NCBI GenBank assembly: GCA_963762145.1 | Contig: CAVXJS010000021.1 | Coordinates: forward strand, 256,001 to 320,000 | Direction: 5' to 3' | Origin: an uncultured Candidatus Rokubacteria bacterium | Lineage (GTDB): Bacteria; Methylomirabilota; Methylomirabilia; Rokubacteriales; CSP1-6 | DNA length: 64,000 nt | Part shown: piece by piece, positions 60,495 to 64,000 of the stretch | Layout: each line of letters starts with the position of its first letter | How positions within the stretch are numbered: the first letter of the stretch is position 1 | Notes under the pieces: generated by a model | The model's database searches: none | What the model was told of the DNA's origin: nothing | What the model saw: only the letters and a program-made list of their open reading frames with translations | Program-made: the position numbers and the translations under genes

Positions 60495-62612
60495 CTAGCG
60501 GGAGCCGCCGCGGGTGGAGCCCCCCTCGCCGCGGCTCTTCGCCATGATCTCTTCGGCAAGGTTGCGGGGCACTTCCTCGTAGCGGGCGAACTGCATCGTA
60601 TACGTGGCCCGACCCTGGGTCATCGAGCGCACGTCGGTCGCGTACCCGAACATCTGGCCGAGCGGCACGTTGGCGCGGATCACCTGGGCGTTGGCGCGCG
60701 CCTCCATCGACAGGATCTTGCCGCGGCGGCTGTTGAGGTCGCCCACGACCGCTCCCTGGAACTCCGAGGGGGTCACCACCTCGACGTCCATCACCGGCTC
60801 CAGCAGGACGGGCTTGGCCTTGCGGCAGCCCTCCTTGAATCCCATGGAGGCGGCGATCTTGAAGGCCATCTCGTTCGAGTCCACTTCGTGATAGCTGCCG
60901 TCGGTCAGGGCAACCCGCACGTCCACCACCGGGTACCCGGCCAGCACGCCGGTCTCGGCCGCTTCCTTGATGCCCTTCTCCACCGCCGGCACGTACTCGC
61001 GGGGAATGGCGGGGCCCTTCAGCTCGTTCTCGAACACCACGCCCGAGCCCGGCTCGCCCGGCTCCACCTCGAGCCACACGTCGCCGTACTGGCCCCGGCC
61101 GCCGGTCTGGCGCACGAACCGCCCCTGGGCTTCCGCCTTCTGGCGGACCGTCTCCCGGTAGGCGACCTGCGGCTTGCCGACGTTGGCCTCGACCTTGAAC
61201 TCGCGCAGGAGGCGGTCGACGATGATCTCGAGGTGCAGCTCGCCCATGCCGTGGATCAGGGTCTGGTTGGTCTCCGGATCCACGTTGACCTTGAACGTCG
61301 GATCTTCCATCGCCAGGCGGGCGAGCGACTGCCCGAGCTTCTCCTCGTCCACCTTGGTCTTGGGCTCGATGGCCACCGCGATGACCGGGGTCGGGAAATC
61401 CATCGCCTCGAGCACCACCGGCTTGCCCGGGTCGCACAGGGTGTCGCCGGTGCGCGTATCCTTCAGCCCCACGACGGCCGCGATGTCGCCCGCCGAGATG
61501 GAGTCGATGTCCTCGCGCTTGTTGGCGTGCATGCGCAGCAGCCGGCCGATCCGCTCCTTCTTCTCGCGCGTGGAGTTGTAGACGCCGGTGCCCTGGTTGA
61601 GGGTGCCGGAGTACACGCGCACGAAGGTGAGCTGGCCCACGTGCTGGTCGTTCATGATCTTGAAGGCCAGCGCGGAGAAGGCAGCCTTGGGATCGGCGTC
61701 GCGGGTCTCCGGCTGGCCGTTGTCGGGATTCACGCCGGTCACCGGCGGAATGTCGATGGGCGAGGGCAGGTAATCCACCACCGCGTCCAGCATCGCCTGC
61801 ACGCCCTTGTTCTTGAACGAGGCCCCGCAGATCACCGGGAAGAGCTTCATGGTGATGGTGCCGGCGCGGACCGCGGCCTTGATCTCGGCCGGGGTGATCT
61901 TCTCGGTCTCACCGCCCAGGTACTTCTCCATGAGGTGGTCGTCAACCTCGGCGAGGCCCTCGATCATCTTCTCCCGGTATTCCTTCACCACGTCCCGCAT
62001 GTCGGCCGGGATCTCCACCGTGTTGAACGTCCCGCCTAGGTCCTCGGAGTCTTCCCACACGTAGGCGACCTGGTCGATCAGATCCACCAGGCCGAGGAAG
62101 CCGTCCTCGCGGCCGATGGGCACCTGGATCGGGACCGCGTGCGCGCCCAGCCGGTCCTTCAGCATGGCCAGGCACCGGTAGTAGTCGGCCCCGATGCGGT
62201 CCATCTTGTTGACGTAGACGATGCGCGGCACCTTGTACTTGTCGGCCTGCCGCCAGACCGTCTCGGTCTGGGGCTCGACCCCGGAGACCGCGTCCAGGAT
62301 GGCGAGCGCGCCGTCCAGCACCCGGAGGGACCGCTCGACTTCCATCGTGAAGTCCACGTGGCCCGGAGTGTCGATGATGTTGACCCGGCAGTCCTTCCAG
62401 AAGCAGGTGGTGGCCGCGGACGTGATGGTGATGCCGCGCTCCTGCTCCTGGACCATCCAGTCCATCGTGGCAGTCCCCTCGTGCACCTCGCCGATCTTGT
62501 AGGATCGGCCGGTGTAGTAGAGGACCCGCTCGGTGGTCGTGGTCTTCCCGGCATCGATGTGCGCCATGATGCCGATGTTCCGGGTCTTTTCCAGAGGGTA
62601 CTGCGCTTCCAC
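60495..62612 (-). CDS. fusA: Elongation factor G
   Basis: [29 protein letters not shown]. Confidence 0.99.
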   Translation of the reverse strand: MEAQYPLEKTRNIGIMAHIDAGKTTTTERVLYYTGRSYKIGEVHEGTATMDWMVQEQERGITITSAATTCFWKDCRVNIIDTPGHVDFTMEVERSLRVLDGALAILDAVSGVEPQTETVWRQADKYKVPRIVYVNKMDRIGADYYRCLAMLKDRLGAHAVPIQVPIGREDGFLGLVDLIDQVAYVWEDSEDLGGTFNTVEIPADMRDVVKEYREKMIEGLAEVDDHLMEKYLGGETEKITPAEIKAAVRAGTITMKLFPVICGASFKNKGVQAMLDAVVDYLPSPIDIPPVTGVNPDNGQPETRDADPKAAFSALAFKIMNDQHVGQLTFVRVYSGTLNQGTGVYNSTREKKERIGRLLRMHANKREDIDSISAGDIAAVVGLKDTRTGDTLCDPGKPVVLEAMDFPTPVIAVAIEPKTKVDEEKLGQSLARLAMEDPTFKVNVDPETNQTLIHGMGELHLEIIVDRLLREFKVEANVGKPQVAYRETVRQKAEAQGRFVRQTGGRGQYGDVWLEVEPGEPGSGVVFENELKGPAIPREYVPAVEKGIKEAAETGVLAGYPVVDVRVALTDGSYHEVDSNEMAFKIAASMGFKEGCRKAKPVLLEPVMDVEVVTPSEFQGAVVGDLNSRRGKILSMEARANAQVIRANVPLGQMFGYATDVRSMTQGRATYTMQFARYEEVPRNLAEEIMAKSRGEGGSTRGGSR

Positions 62613-62650
62613 TGCTTGTCTTCTCCCTAGTAGGGCCGGCGGCGGGACTC

Positions 62651-62685
62651 AAGAGAAGAGGGGGGCGAGGTCACCGCCCCCCTCT
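62651..62685 (-). terminator. Terminator-like hairpin between rpsG and fusA
   Basis: Perfect 11-bp stem AGAGGGGGGCG/CGCCCCCCTCT with a 7-nt loop, followed on the minus strand by TCTCTT. Confidence 0.55.
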
Positions 62686-62698
62686 GTGCATCTCGTCG

Positions 62699-63166
62699 CT
62701 ACCAGCGGTAATGCGCGAACGCCTTGTTGGCCTCCGCCATCTTGTGAGTGTCTTCTCGCTTCTTCACCGCGGTGCCGCGGTTGTTGGCGGCGTCCAGCAG
62801 CTCGGCGGCGAGCTTGTCGGCCATGCTGCGCTCCGCCCGGCGCCGCGCGGCGCCGATGAGCCACCGCATGCTGAGCGCGGTGCGCCGGTCCGGCCGCACC
62901 TCGACCGGGACCTGGTAGGTGGAGCCGCCGACCCGCCGCGATTTCACCTCGACGGCCGGCTTGCAGTTGTCCACCGCGCTCTTGAAGAGCTTGAGCGAGT
63001 CCTGGCGGGCGCGATCTTCCATCGCCTGGAGGGCGTCGTACATGATCCGCTCCGCCGTGCTCTTCTTGCCGCCGTACATCATCATGTTCACGAACTTCGC
63101 CACCAGCCGGCTCCCGTGCTTCGGGTCCGGAAGGATCTCCCGTCGTGCCGCCCCCGCCCGCCGCAT
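62699..63166 (-). CDS. rpsG: 30S ribosomal protein S7
   Basis: [25 protein letters not shown]. Confidence 0.98.
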   Translation of the reverse strand: MRRAGAARREILPDPKHGSRLVAKFVNMMMYGGKKSTAERIMYDALQAMEDRARQDSLKLFKSAVDNCKPAVEVKSRRVGGSTYQVPVEVRPDRRTALSMRWLIGAARRRAERSMADKLAAELLDAANNRGTAVKKREDTHKMAEANKAFAHYRW

Positions 63167-63167
63167 C

Positions 63168-63551
63168 CTAGGCTCCGGAGCCCTTTGGCTGCTTGGCGCC
63201 GTACTTGGAGCGGCTCTGACGGCGTCCGGCCACCCCCGCGGTGTCCAGCGATCCCCGGATGATGTGATAGCGGATACCGGGCAGATCCTTCACTCGGCCG
63301 CCACGGATGAGCACGATCGAGTGCTCCTGCAGATTGTGGCCGACCCCGGGAATATAGGACGTCACCTCGAGCCCGTTGGTCAGGCGCACCCGCGCGACCT
63401 TCCGGAGGGCCGAGTTCGGCTTCTTCGGCGTCGTGGTGTACACGCGAATGCACACCCCACGCTTCTGGGGACAGGACTCCATGGCGGGCGTCTTGGACTT
63501 CTTGCGCACCGCCTCGCGGCCCTGCCGCACCAGCTGGTTAATCGTTGGCAT
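63168..63551 (-). CDS. rpsL: 30S ribosomal protein S12
   Basis: [28 protein letters not shown]. Confidence 0.99.
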   Translation of the reverse strand: MPTINQLVRQGREAVRKKSKTPAMESCPQKRGVCIRVYTTTPKKPNSALRKVARVRLTNGLEVTSYIPGVGHNLQEHSIVLIRGGRVKDLPGIRYHIIRGSLDTAGVAGRRQSRSKYGAKQPKGSGA

Positions 63552-63599
63552 AGTTCGTCATCGACTTTCTCATGGCCTCAATAGGGCCAAAACCCTAAC

Positions 63600-63628
63600 T
63601 TTATATCTGACGAGTGCACGTTTGTCAA
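63600..63628 (-). promoter_or_regulatory. Sigma-70 promoter of the str/S10 superoperon
   Basis: Minus strand TTGACA-N17-TATAAA. Confidence 0.85.
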
Positions 63629-63648
63629 TCGCCCCTTCCGGGCCGGTC

Positions 63649-64000
<352 letters not shown>

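Overview
Very GC-rich bacterial chromosomal segment. Gene content and intergenic repeats are compatible with Ca. Rokubacteria/Methylomirabilota, but this is inference only. From left to right it contains: (1) a surface-sugar cluster (truncated SDR epimerase, GT2, stand-alone TPP E1 alpha/beta pair); (2) purE followed by a heme-oxygenase-like diiron protein, a Rieske ferredoxin and a GlcG-type heme protein; (3) three TMTC-like GT-C/TPR membrane proteins flanking a heavily frameshifted hydantoinase/oxoprolinase A/B pair; (4) a Liv-type ABC transporter; (5) a ~16 kb signalling/motility locus; (6) trxA-trpE-trpG-thiL, two CNNM/CorC genes and a dienelactone hydrolase; (7) the complete str-S10-spc-alpha ribosomal superoperon and the 3' end of rpoC. 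The signalling locus is the standout. A Pil-Chp-like chemosensory pathway (CheY, CheW, Tat-exported binding protein, MCP, 2xHPt hybrid CheA) runs in one gene string with a pseudo-receiver/DUF4388 protein, a receiver-Roadblock fusion, a 991-aa repeat membrane protein, MglA, MglB and a PilB ATPase with an extra N-terminal module. It is faced by two more Roadblock-type genes. No rRNA, tRNA, CRISPR array or transposase was recognised.
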